Source: Bacillota bacterium
GTDB taxonomy: Bacteria > Bacillota > DTU025
Direction: 5' to 3'
NCBI GenBank assembly: GCA_050951805.1
Contig: JBMNJT010000002.1
Location: 64,001 to 128,000 of the forward strand
DNA length: 64,000 nt
Shown here: one piece after another, positions 10,701 to 20,446 of the stretch
How positions within the stretch are numbered: position 1 is the first letter of the stretch
Layout: each line of letters opens with the position of its first letter
The notes under the pieces: generated by a model
Told to the model about the DNA's origin: nothing
The model's input: the letters and a program-made list of their open reading frames with translations, nothing else
Database searches by the model: none
Position numbers and translations under genes: made by a program

Positions 10701-10929
10701 AAGCCTAAACCAGCCTGCGATGCGTGAGATGGTAAGAGCATCGGCCCGCCTCTCGCCCTTTGCGCCCTGAGCGCGGAGGGTGCAGGGGTGGGCCGGCGCG
10801 TTAAGGTCAGCATGTGGACGGAGGAGTCGGTATGGCGCGAGCAGAATCCTTCGGGGCAAGCGAAGTACTGAAAGAGGTCAGGCCGCGCGTTGAAGCGCGG
10901 GGATCGAATTTGGAAAGTGGTGAGTCTGT

Positions 10930-12099
10930 ATGTCGACTTCAGAATACGGCTTTGACTACGCTGATCTGCGCGAATCGATGGTGGAGGAGTTCTGTGAACT
11001 CGTGAGGATCGACGCGGAATCAGGTCAAGAGGCGGAGCTAGCCAGTGTAGTGGCTGCGAAACTGGAGAACTTGGGGTTTGATGTAACGCAGGATGATGCC
11101 GGGAGCAAGTTCGGGGGAAACGCAGGAAACGTTATTGGACGTTTTCCAGGCGTGCCAGGCCTTGAGCCTATTCTGCTTTCCGCCCACCTTGACAGGGTGA
11201 CTCCGGGCAAGGGCATTGTGCCGTCAATCGACGGCGATCGAATTGTGTCGGGGGGAGATACTGTTCTGGCGGCAGACGACCTTGGCGGAGTGGTTGCGAT
11301 TCTTGCCGGTATAAGAATGGCGCGCGCAGCATGCAAGAGATTACCGCCGTTGGAAGTAGTATTTACTGTGAGCGAGGAAAAGGGCCTCAGAGGGGCCAGA
11401 TGCCTCGACTACTCTCAGATACAATCGAAAACGGGCTACATCTTCGATGCCTCGAGCCCGGTAGGCGTGGTTGTCGTTCAAAGCCCTACGCACATCAGTG
11501 TTGATGCAACGATTACGGGTAGAGCAGCCCATGCAGCGGTAAATCCCGAAGGCGGCATAAGCGCGATACGCGTGGCTGCTGAGGCTATCGGTAAGTTCCC
11601 GTTTGGACGAGTCGATGACCGTACGACTGCGAACATCGGTATAATCTCGGGCGGAACGGCCACGAACATCGTCTGCGAGAAGGTCTCGTTCAAAGGAGAA
11701 ATACGCAGTTTGGATACGCAGCGCGCACTCGATCTTGCGAAGGAGGTAGCGGAGCAGATAAAGACTACTGCCGGAGGATATGAGGCTTCGGCGGAGGTCA
11801 CAACTACGGTGGACTACTACGGGTACACCATACCCCGCGATGCCCAAGTGGTGAGGCGAGTCGAAAAGGCGTTGGCTATGTCAGGCCGGGAGGCTGTTTT
11901 AGATTCGACCATGGGCGGCAGCGATGGGAACATATTCAACACCAAGGGCATAGAGAGTGTCGTCATTGGCATGGGGGCCATGGATGTTCATTCGACAAAG
12001 GAAAGTCTGCCCATTTCCGAGCTGGTGGCCGCCGGCGAGCTGGCCAGGAACATTATACTGCTGGCGTCGGGCACGCAGGATGCATCTTTAGCCGACTGA
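10930..12099 (+). CDS. M20/M25/M40 family metallopeptidase (peptidase T-like)
   Basis: SAHLDRV, LAADDLGG, SEEKGL, GRAAHA, GGSDGN, DVHSTKE. Confidence 0.9.
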   Translation: MSTSEYGFDYADLRESMVEEFCELVRIDAESGQEAELASVVAAKLENLGFDVTQDDAGSKFGGNAGNVIGRFPGVPGLEPILLSAHLDRVTPGKGIVPSIDGDRIVSGGDTVLAADDLGGVVAILAGIRMARAACKRLPPLEVVFTVSEEKGLRGARCLDYSQIQSKTGYIFDASSPVGVVVVQSPTHISVDATITGRAAHAAVNPEGGISAIRVAAEAIGKFPFGRVDDRTTANIGIISGGTATNIVCEKVSFKGEIRSLDTQRALDLAKEVAEQIKTTAGGYEASAEVTTTVDYYGYTIPRDAQVVRRVEKALAMSGREAVLDSTMGGSDGNIFNTKGIESVVIGMGAMDVHSTKESLPISELVAAGELARNIILLASGTQDASLAD

Positions 12100-13111
12100 G
12101 CAGCTTCTATTGGCGCTCGGGGCACGTTTTTCGGGGGAAAGCTCAGAAGTAGCCTATTGACACGCATTGGACTCGTTTTTGTGAGTTCGGGCCGGTTTAT
12201 GCATTGAGCCTGTCCACAAAAAGGTATCCGCTGGTTCGCCTCAATGGGATGTGTCTGGAAGTTCGCCAGGTTCGTTGACAACCCCCGCTTCTCTTCGCAG
12301 CAGACCTTGGCCATCGCCACACACTTGTTGTCCGGGCCTCAAAGGGCAGCCGAGCATTTCAGCGCTCTTTGCGCGACTGTTGAATCGCGCTCGCCATCCG
12401 GCGTAAGGGCTTCAGCCGCTAGGATTTGGTGAGTATCGCGGCTATGTTAGGCGGTGGGTGTGCAAGGCGGGCAAGGGAATAGCCATTGCAAACACTCACC
12501 GCCATTGCCTATAGATGCAGCATATATCTGCAGCTCAGACCTTGGTTGTTTGATCCGGGCAAGATACTTCTTCCAAGCTTAGGCGCTAACCATCTCAGAC
12601 TGCGAGATGGAATCCAGGTTCTTCTCGAACATGGGCCTTGTCATGCCCTTGATTAAGGAGAGGACCGCGGCGCGTGACAGATCTTGCTGCGGTCTGCCAT
12701 AACAGGCACGCCCTGTTGGGAAGGTTTAAGAGCAGCCCTGTGTTGCGAAGATTCCCGCCGAACTGTCTGATGATCGCGTCTACGATGAATACGGCGCATT
12801 AACGGCCACGCGAAAGCAGAACATCTCCTTCACTGACCTAGTGCCCTACTCCTTTCTTCCATGCATCTTCATATATCTCGGGGCCATTCGGGCAGAATCC
12901 GATCGCTCGGGATCATGGAATTCACCTGCTCATTGCGTGTTTTGACTATACTGCACAACCTTTGGCTCTGGTGCATTAGCCCCTCTCTTCAACCGTTTTA
13001 TCTCTGACCCGCCCGCTATCTGCCGAGTGATAACACGAACATGTCAATGAATAGATCTGATATCGGCGTCAAATAACGTGGCGGGCGGCATCGTTCTCGC
13101 GGGGGCTGCTG

Positions 13112-14158
13112 ATGGCCGTGGCGGCGAAGCTGTTCAATTGCACGCCGCGATCGAGAGGGATGAAAGGCATAGTGTTCAAAGCCAGGCTCCTCTGTCCCGG
13201 TCTGCTCATGCTGGTAGTTATCGCCCTTACAATTCCGATGTCGTTCTTCGAGTATGTGCCATGGATGGAGGGGGACATGGCATCGCGGGTAATGGAGCCA
13301 GTATTGGTCTGCGAAGAGATCATCTACAAAGAGATTGGCGAAATGTCATTGGGGTTCGACATCTACAGAAGCAGCGAGATATCGGCCAGCCCTCACATGG
13401 CGCCGGTGGTGGTATATGTCCACGGCGGCGCCTGGATGGTCGGGGACAAACGGAGCGGACTCCGGCTTGCCTGGCCCATGTTGGAAGCGCTCTGCAGCAA
13501 GGGTTTCGTCTTCGTAAGCACCGATTACCGTCTTGCAAACATCTACACCAAATTCCCTGCTCCTGTTGAGGACGTGAGAGACACCGTGCGCTATCTCAAG
13601 AAAAACGCCGATCAACTCGGGATCGATTCCGAGAGGATAGCTCTCATGGGCGTATCGGCCGGCGGACACCTTGCGCTCATGGCGGCGTTGGCGCCGGACG
13701 ATAGTCTCGGAGGCGATCCCGAGCTATGCACGTATTCCGGCAGGGTGCGTGCTGTTGTATCGTGGTGCGGTCCGACAGATTTGCGTATCGAACAGCATCG
13801 CACGCCTATCCGCGAAATTCTGGTTGCAGAGCTTGTGGGTCAACCCTTCCAGAACGACTCGTATCTGTATAGTGCAGCGAGTCCAGCAGCGTATGTCTCC
13901 AGCGCAAGTCCCCCAATTCTCCTTTTGCATTCCGAGGAGGATAGCCTTGTCCCCTATGGGCAGGCGCAATGTATGTACGAACAGGCCATGGTTGTGGGAG
14001 CCGATGTGATGCTGATCAGTATCAAGAATTCGGGACATGTATACAAGAAGATAGATGACAGGGAAATCCAGCCGGGGCTCGAAGATATACTCAAGTTGAT
14101 TGCCGACTACATAGAACGGCAGCTGGGGTTAGCATTTGGCCCCTGCGAGCATCGGTAG
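13112..14158 (+). CDS. alpha/beta hydrolase (esterase) with N-terminal hydrophobic anchor (alternative start 13160)
   Basis: VHGGAW oxyanion motif, GVSAGG nucleophile, HSEEDSLVP, SGH. Confidence 0.88.
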   Translation: MAVAAKLFNCTPRSRGMKGIVFKARLLCPGLLMLVVIALTIPMSFFEYVPWMEGDMASRVMEPVLVCEEIIYKEIGEMSLGFDIYRSSEISASPHMAPVVVYVHGGAWMVGDKRSGLRLAWPMLEALCSKGFVFVSTDYRLANIYTKFPAPVEDVRDTVRYLKKNADQLGIDSERIALMGVSAGGHLALMAALAPDDSLGGDPELCTYSGRVRAVVSWCGPTDLRIEQHRTPIREILVAELVGQPFQNDSYLYSAASPAAYVSSASPPILLLHSEEDSLVPYGQAQCMYEQAMVVGADVMLISIKNSGHVYKKIDDREIQPGLEDILKLIADYIERQLGLAFGPCEHR

Positions 14159-14205
14159 CTTCAAACGGAGCAGGCATTCTGCTGTCAGACGAAAAGGAAT
14201 TCTTC

Positions 14206-14235
14206 TTGGCGGCGCGAGCTGCCCTGTGATACAAT
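14206..14235 (+). promoter_or_regulatory. putative sigma-A promoter of the hyd maturation operon
   Basis: TTGGCG(14206) then extended -10 TG-A-TACAAT (14227-14235). Confidence 0.5.
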
Positions 14236-14274
14236 GGTTTTGGGTAAAGCCATAAGATTTGGCTGAGCTATTGA

Positions 14275-14466
14275 CACAACTGAATAGGTATGCCTGCGGG
14301 TAGGGTTAACGCCTCAACCTAGGGCTGGTGATTTTTGTGTGTGCCTGTCCGAAGCTTTTGGGGAATGCTTAAAACGGGTTCCTGAAGCTAGGGGGCGCGC
14401 TATCCATCTGTGATATCCGATCTCAAGCACCAAGGATCATTAGCCCGTCCTCGCGACGGGTTTTTT
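14275..14466 (+). ncRNA. structured 5' leader (attenuator or riboswitch candidate) ending in an intrinsic terminator
   Basis: Hairpin 14301-14321; long helix 14322-14342/14427-14446; terminator CCCGTC-ctcgc-GACGGG-T6 (14444-14466) overlapping that helix. Confidence 0.6.
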
Positions 14467-14585
14467 GATTGGTGCACACCTAGCGGAGTCTGGCAACGAG
14501 CCGCTGATCAACGTTCCCTTCCCGAAGGTATTACCTGAGAAAACGTCAGATCTTATCTGACAGTCCCAAAGGAGGTTCAACTGAA

Positions 14586-14891
14586 ATGGCGTGTGAAAAG
14601 CAAGATGGGAGATCCGGCCAGCCAGAGGCCAAGAGAGTGGGTGTAGCCGCCATCATAATTCAGGATCGGCTGAATGCGGCGCCCGCTGTAAACAAGATCC
14701 TGAGCGAATACGGCGAGATCATAGTGGGACGCATGGGCATTCCCTATACAGATAGGCACGTCTCTGTGATTGCCCTCATCGTTGACGGCGACACAGATGC
14801 GATCGGGGCCATGACCGGGAAACTTGGCTCGATCCCCGGGGTCAAAAGTCGCGTCACATTAGTCCCTTCCGACAACGAGAGTGGTGAATGA
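14586..14891 (+). CDS. TM1266-family iron-only hydrogenase system putative regulator
   Basis: RVGVAAIII..VNKILSEYGEIIVGRMGIPY..VSVIALIVDG..IGAMTGKLGSIPGV; lies upstream of hydEG. Confidence 0.9.
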   Translation: MACEKQDGRSGQPEAKRVGVAAIIIQDRLNAAPAVNKILSEYGEIIVGRMGIPYTDRHVSVIALIVDGDTDAIGAMTGKLGSIPGVKSRVTLVPSDNESGE

Positions 14892-16104
14892 CGCAGATTT
14901 CACAGAGGTTTTGGGGATGGCCATGTCCCATCCTGAAGAGCTTGGCCTCAACGAGGTGATAGCCCTTTTGAACCCTCCGGGACCTGCTCAGGAGATGGCG
15001 CTGTGGCAGGCAGCCCATTCGGTCAGGGTTTCCGTGATGGGCATGTGTGTACACATGAGGGCGATAATCGAGTTCTCAAATTACTGCCGCCAGGATTGCC
15101 TCTATTGCGGCCTCCGCCGGAGCAACAATAGGATTTCGCGGTACAGGATGAGCCCGGACGAGATTGTGGAGGCCGCAATAGAAGCTCACAGCATCCACCC
15201 ATTCGGCACATTCGTGCTGCAGTCGGGGGAGGATCCGGGTTATGCTGCAGATCAACTAGCGGTTGCGGTTCGAAGGATTGCGGAAACTACCGGATCCGCG
15301 GTTACTCTCAGCATTGGGCAGATGCCCGATGAGGATTACCGGGTTCTCAGGGAAGCGGGGGCCGACCGATTTCTCTTAAAGTTCGAGACTAGCGATGAAC
15401 GGCTTTTCCGACAACTGAAGCCCACCACCTCGTTAGAGCATCGCCTTGGATGTCTAAGATCCCTGAGGAGGATGGGGTATCAAGTAGGATCCGGCATTAT
15501 CCTCGGCCTTCCTGGGCAGGATCTCTCTTCTGTTGCGGCCGATCTCTTGCTCTGCCGGGATGAGGATTACGAAATGGTCAGCATAGGGCCGTTCATCCCG
15601 CATCCCGACACTCCGCTGGGCAATGGGGAAAGCGGTGTCGCCGGTGGCAGCCCAAAAGCGGGCTTCGACACCAACGGGACGGAGGCGTCGACAGGGGCGG
15701 CAGTGGGGCCTGGGTTAGCCTCAGTGCGAACAACCATAGATGCCGTAGCTGTGGCCCGTCTTCTCGTTCCGCGTGCCCATATGCCTGCCACTACGGCTCT
15801 TGCGGTTATGGGCGGGAATGATGCTTCGTGGAAAGAGATTGCGCCATCTCCTCGACTGACAGATGCCCGGAGTCTGGCCCTTGTATCTGGCGCAAATGTG
15901 TTGATGTTGGATGTGACTCCAGCGAAGTATCGCGAGTTCTACACGATCTACCCTGGGAAATCTGGAGCCGATGGTGATGTGATTTCGGATTTCGTGAGGC
16001 AGGCAAAAGAGGATATTGACGCTTTGAAGATGACGATTTGCCCTGGCAAGGGCGACAGTCCGAAAATGCCTTGGGGAAGGGGAGGTAAAGGTGTTGACAG
16101 GTAG
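14881..16104 (+). CDS. hydE: [FeFe]-hydrogenase maturase HydE (radical SAM)
   Basis: IEFSNYCRQDCLYCGLR, VLQSGEDP, GPFIPHPDTPL, PATTAL, GANVLM, YTIYPGK. Confidence 0.88.
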   Translation: MVNDADFTEVLGMAMSHPEELGLNEVIALLNPPGPAQEMALWQAAHSVRVSVMGMCVHMRAIIEFSNYCRQDCLYCGLRRSNNRISRYRMSPDEIVEAAIEAHSIHPFGTFVLQSGEDPGYAADQLAVAVRRIAETTGSAVTLSIGQMPDEDYRVLREAGADRFLLKFETSDERLFRQLKPTTSLEHRLGCLRSLRRMGYQVGSGIILGLPGQDLSSVAADLLLCRDEDYEMVSIGPFIPHPDTPLGNGESGVAGGSPKAGFDTNGTEASTGAAVGPGLASVRTTIDAVAVARLLVPRAHMPATTALAVMGGNDASWKEIAPSPRLTDARSLALVSGANVLMLDVTPAKYREFYTIYPGKSGADGDVISDFVRQAKEDIDALKMTICPGKGDSPKMPWGRGGKGVDR

Positions 16105-17482
16105 AACCGAGTGCACCTTCATAGACGATGAGAAGATCCGCGGAGCCCTCGAGGAAGGGGCAAGGTACAGTCCAGCGGCGGTCAGAGATGTTTTGGCGAA
16201 GGCGCGAGAATTGCAGGGCTTGGAACTTGAGGAGCTGGCAGCCTTGCTCTGGGTGGAAGACCCGGCCCTCGAAGAAGAGATTTACGCCGTTGCTAGAAAA
16301 ATCAAAGAGACCATTTATGGGAAAAGACTAGTTTTTTTCGCCCCTCTGTATGTGAGCGACTATTGTGTGAATAATTGCAGATACTGTGCCTACAAGAGGG
16401 ACAATCGGCAGCCTAGGCGAAGATTGGGTATGGATGAGGTCAGACAGGAGGTCCTTGCCATTGAGGACATGGGCCACAAGCGCATCGCTCTGGAGGCCGG
16501 CGAGGACCCGGTCAATTGTCCCGTCGATTACATCACCGAGGTGATGGAGACCATATACGACACGCATTCAGGGAACGGGAGCATTCGCCGGATAAATGTG
16601 AACATTGCCGCTACAACAGTGGATGACTACCGGAAGCTGAAGGACGCCGGAATCGGGACTTACGTACTGTTCCAGGAGACGTACCACCGCGATACGTATG
16701 TGGCTGTCCATGATGGACCAAAATCCGACTATGATTGGCACGCTACGGCCATGGACAGGGCGATAGAAGGCGGAATCGATGACGTGGGAATAGGCGTGCT
16801 CTACGGCTTGTATGACTGGCGCTACGAGACCGTCGCCATGCTTGCCCATGCCCACCATCTTGATGAGACATACGGGGTTGGACCGCATACCATTTCATTC
16901 CCGCGACTGAGGCCTGCAGCAGGCGTGTCGCTCGAGAATTTTCCAAGCCTCGTCTCCGATAACGACTTCAAGAAGATAGTGGCGTGCCTGAGGCTGGCTG
17001 TGCCATATACAGGGATGATCCTGTCGACAAGGGAGTCGCCGGAGTTCCGCGAGGAAGTGATAGCTCTGGGGATCTCGCAGATAAGCGCCGGTTCTTGCAC
17101 TGGCGTAGGCGAGTATAGCAGGCGCAAGGCGCATGATACTCCCCAGTTCGAGGTGAGCGACCGTCGTGATCTGGATGAGATAATCAGGGACCTTTTGCCG
17201 TCAGGTTACGTACCCAGTTTCTGCACTGCATGTTACAGGTCGGGTAGGACGGGGGAGGCGTTTATGTCTCTGGCGAAAAGCAGCCACATACATGAATTCT
17301 GCCAGCCCAACGCAATACTGACGTTTGAGGAATACTTGTGCGATTATGCATCGCCTGCTACTGTGAAAGCGGCTGAGCCGGCGATCCGCGCGGCCCTGGA
17401 AGAAGTGGATCCGAAGCTACGCGACGAATGTGAAAAGAGAATTGAGCGGATACAAGGTGGCGAAAGAGATCTCTACTTCTAA
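16091..17482 (+). CDS. hydG: [FeFe]-hydrogenase maturase HydG (radical SAM)
   Basis: CVNNCRYC; GVGPHTISFPR; C-terminal SFCTACYR-x-C auxiliary cluster motif; ends ERDLYF. Confidence 0.95.
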   Translation: MLTGRTECTFIDDEKIRGALEEGARYSPAAVRDVLAKARELQGLELEELAALLWVEDPALEEEIYAVARKIKETIYGKRLVFFAPLYVSDYCVNNCRYCAYKRDNRQPRRRLGMDEVRQEVLAIEDMGHKRIALEAGEDPVNCPVDYITEVMETIYDTHSGNGSIRRINVNIAATTVDDYRKLKDAGIGTYVLFQETYHRDTYVAVHDGPKSDYDWHATAMDRAIEGGIDDVGIGVLYGLYDWRYETVAMLAHAHHLDETYGVGPHTISFPRLRPAAGVSLENFPSLVSDNDFKKIVACLRLAVPYTGMILSTRESPEFREEVIALGISQISAGSCTGVGEYSRRKAHDTPQFEVSDRRDLDEIIRDLLPSGYVPSFCTACYRSGRTGEAFMSLAKSSHIHEFCQPNAILTFEEYLCDYASPATVKAAEPAIRAALEEVDPKLRDECEKRIERIQGGERDLYF

Positions 17483-17583
17483 GTAAATCTCGCTATATGC
17501 AGCAACGCGGGAGTGAGTGGAATTGAGGATCGCAAAGATCAGTTTTTGACCAGGGGTTGTCTGGCAATTAGGGAGTCTTTTGT

Positions 17584-17645
17584 TTGACAAAACAATAGAT
17601 GGGGGTATACTCTCCTGCATAGACACTGATTGTGACAAACAATCA
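17584..17645 (+). promoter_or_regulatory. sigma-A promoter upstream of hydF with downstream palindromic operator
   Basis: TTGACA(17584)-16 bp-TATACT(17606); perfect TGATTGT-N5-ACAATCA at 17627-17645. Confidence 0.6.
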
Positions 17646-17940
17646 ATATGGCACTGTTTAGCGGTTTGTTCTTGGAAAATATCGGAGTCGGACCTTGAAT
17701 GTCTCAAAGTCAGTTGCCCACAGCCGAAAAGGGGCCGGCTTTTAAAGACATCCCACGAAGGCAAGCCGGCGGATGCCTTTGACTCAGTTTTGCGCTATAT
17801 ACACACTCACACTGGGCGGTTCCAAGCTGTGCCCGTTTGAAAGTGTTCAACTGTTTTCCCGAAGTTGCTTAGCCAAAGGGCCTCAAGCGTTCGCGCGTGC
17901 ACATCAGTCTAGCGCCGCAGAGGCGGACTGGAGGACGGAA

Positions 17941-19164
17941 ATGAGTTTCGACAAGGCTCCCAGATCCAATCGGATACACATTGCTATCCTCGGGCGAATG
18001 AACTCGGGCAAGTCGAGCCTTATTAACACCTTAGCAGATCAGGACGTTGCCGTGGTTTCGCCGATGGCCGGAACGACTACGGATATCGTCTACAAGTCGA
18101 TGGAGATACATGGGACCGGCCCGGTCGTGTTCATCGATACCCCCGGAGTAGATGATGACAGCCTTCTCTCAGAAGCGAGGGTTGCCAGGACCATGAGGGC
18201 GATCAACAAGGCCGATATGGCCGTAGTTGTGGTCGATGCCGAGTTGGGCGAAGGGGAGCCTGAGGCCCAGCTATATTCCTGTCTCGAGCGCAAGAGGGTT
18301 CCCTATATTGTGGCCGTGAATAAGACGGACCTTTGTGATGCCGACTGCGTTTTATGTGATGGTGCGGGCGCCTCCGGGGAAGGGGATGCGCCTCGTGTGT
18401 GTGTAAGTGCTAGGACGGGAAGGGGAAAAGAGGAACTGCTAGGTGCCATAAGCCGGTTGGCTCAATCCGTAGGCGGGCTGGGCGAGGGGCCCCCCATAGT
18501 AGGCGATCTTGTAAGCTGTGGAGACATAGTGGTTCTGGTCATTCCGGCAGATGCCCAAGCCCCGAAGGGTAGGTTGATTCTGCCTCAGGTCCAAACCATA
18601 AGAGATGTTTTAGATCACGAGGGGATTGCGGTCGCCGTAAGAATTGACCAATTGAGGCAGCTCTTTGCCGATAAGGATTTCCTGCCGAGATTGGTTGTAA
18701 CTGATTCCCAAGCCTTCGGGGAGGTAGCCCCCGTAGTCCCGGAATCCGTTCCCATGACATCTTTTTCGATTCTCTTCGCACGCCATAAGGGTGACTTCGA
18801 ACTTCTGGTCGAAGGCGCTCGCGCCATAGAAGGCCTTGAGCCTGGCGATGTAGTGCTCATATCCGAGGCGTGTACTCATCATCCCATCGAAGACGACATA
18901 GGGACTGTGAAGATCCCACGCCTTCTCAATGCGAAAGTCGGCGGAGAGCTGAGATATGAATGGCAACGCGGAGGCGATTTTCCGGAGGATTTGGACAGAT
19001 TCAAGCTTGTTATTAACTGTGGCGGGTGTATGCTTAACAGGAGAGAGATGTGTTCGCGCCTTGAGGCCGTGGCAGACGCCGCTGTTCCAGTCACAAACTA
19101 TGGAATGGCAATCGCAGCGTGTCTGGGGATCTTGCCCAGGGCCTTGCGGCCTTTCGCACTCTGA
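17941..19164 (+). CDS. hydF: [FeFe]-hydrogenase maturation GTPase HydF
   Basis: GRMNSGKSS, GTTTD, DTPG, NKTD, APKGRLILPQVQ, EACTHH...NCGGCMLN. Confidence 0.95.
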   Translation: MSFDKAPRSNRIHIAILGRMNSGKSSLINTLADQDVAVVSPMAGTTTDIVYKSMEIHGTGPVVFIDTPGVDDDSLLSEARVARTMRAINKADMAVVVVDAELGEGEPEAQLYSCLERKRVPYIVAVNKTDLCDADCVLCDGAGASGEGDAPRVCVSARTGRGKEELLGAISRLAQSVGGLGEGPPIVGDLVSCGDIVVLVIPADAQAPKGRLILPQVQTIRDVLDHEGIAVAVRIDQLRQLFADKDFLPRLVVTDSQAFGEVAPVVPESVPMTSFSILFARHKGDFELLVEGARAIEGLEPGDVVLISEACTHHPIEDDIGTVKIPRLLNAKVGGELRYEWQRGGDFPEDLDRFKLVINCGGCMLNRREMCSRLEAVADAAVPVTNYGMAIAACLGILPRALRPFAL

Positions 19165-19271
19165 AATGAACCGTCGACCGGTGATCCGCGAGTACCTCGA
19201 GGCCTAAGGAGCAGAGATAGCGGACTGTGCGGCCGATCCCCAAGTCGAATCTTTATTGCCCGATACTTGAA

Positions 19272-19387
19272 TTAGGTGTGTCGACGCCCCAACTGCATTG
19301 GTCATAATGCTTCAGCCTTGCCCACACCATGCCCAAAAAGGTGAGACAACAAGGCGAGGGACGTCGACATTTCACATTATCTAAGGG
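19272..19387 (+). repeat. attC/dif-like imperfect hairpin site
   Basis: GTGTCGACGCCCC (19278-19290) pairs with GGGACGTCGACAT (19358-19370); followed by TTCACA-TTATCTAAGGG. Confidence 0.55.
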
Positions 19388-19598
19388 ACTTTTCTGCAGA
19401 CGGGAGGTGTATTTGGCCGACAAGGTTGGCTCCAAGACGCAAGGCTCCGGCTTGGTCCTGCGATACCAGGCCGGAGCTTTACATCTGAAGAAGAGAGTTG
19501 AACCTCCCGCCAACTACATTCTCTTCATTGATGGGCTGACCGTTGTAGGAATATAATAGTTATACTTAGCCGTGAACAACCATCCGGAGGTGGGCGTT

Positions 19599-20021
19599 TT
19601 GGCGATTAGTCCAAGACTGCTTGAGATACGGAGTTGCCTTGTGCATGACTACGAACCGTTGATAGATTACGGTGCATGGCGTGTGGCCGCTATATGCTCC
19701 TCCGAGCACAACGCAGTTGACGGGGTGAAGTCCCTTGAAAGGCATAACGAGACAGACGAAGTCTTTTTGCTCTTGGCAGGCAGGGCCTTTCTCATTATAG
19801 GCGAGGGAGACGCAAGTGTTGAAACGTTTCATGCTGTGGCGATGGAGCCGCTCAAGGCATACAACGTGAAGCGAGGTGTCTGGCATTCGTGTGTGCTCGA
19901 CACAGATTCTGTAGTGCTTGTTGTTGAGAATCGCGATACTACCCACCTGAACTCGGAGTTTCTCGATCTTCCGTCCGAAATATGCCATCAATTGCCCGAC
20001 ATCTGCGGTGAGATAGTTTAG
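19599..20021 (+). CDS. cupin-fold / ureidoglycolate-lyase-like protein
   Basis: ERHNETDEVFLLLAG and YNVKRGVWH cupin motifs; RBS GGAGGT before TTG 19599. Confidence 0.7.
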   Translation: MAISPRLLEIRSCLVHDYEPLIDYGAWRVAAICSSEHNAVDGVKSLERHNETDEVFLLLAGRAFLIIGEGDASVETFHAVAMEPLKAYNVKRGVWHSCVLDTDSVVLVVENRDTTHLNSEFLDLPSEICHQLPDICGEIV

Positions 20022-20211
20022 AGCCTCGGCATGTTCCGCGTCAGGCTGCCGCTTTGCCAGTTATGCAAATCTCAAGCCACATCGGAAAAACCTGAGCCGG
20101 TGAACGCCAATAACCTCAAAAGACAGAGGAGTTTCGGACATCTAGTGCGAAACTTACATGCAGAAGCATATCCTCATCCTGCCTGTGCTGGTAGCTCGCG
20201 ACCTATTCCCA

Positions 20212-20370
20212 AACTAAGTCATGCGGGCGACTCCGAGCCGATTCTTATCATGATCAATCTCTTGGTTTTTATAGATCGAGCGTGATTACAAAGTGAATTC
20301 AAGCGTCGAGTCACACCCTTACACCTCCTTCTTTGCTGATTCTCGGGAGGGCCGTTAAGTTAGCTGAAAA
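20212..20370 (+). repeat. attC-like imperfect hairpin site
   Basis: AACTAA..GCGG..CTCCGAG pairs with CTCGGGA..CCGT; ends GTTAGCTGAAAA (20359-20370). Confidence 0.4.
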
Positions 20371-20446
20371 TGTGAAGATGGTGACTTGGAAATGATGTAT
20401 CATTTTGTGCCAATGGGCTGTAATTGTCGAGATGAGGTGATAGTCA

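Noticed and set aside
14290-14450. 6S RNA or cobalamin riboswitch
   Set aside because: Too short and lacks the 6S central bubble; no GGGAA/B12 box.
14881-17482. PylB/BioB and ThiH as alternatives to HydE and HydG
   Set aside because: The TM1266 and hydF context and the HydG C-terminal auxiliary cluster motif favour hyd maturases.
17630-17647. Rex operator
   Set aside because: Only the TTGTGA half-site matches; the real symmetry is a different palindrome.
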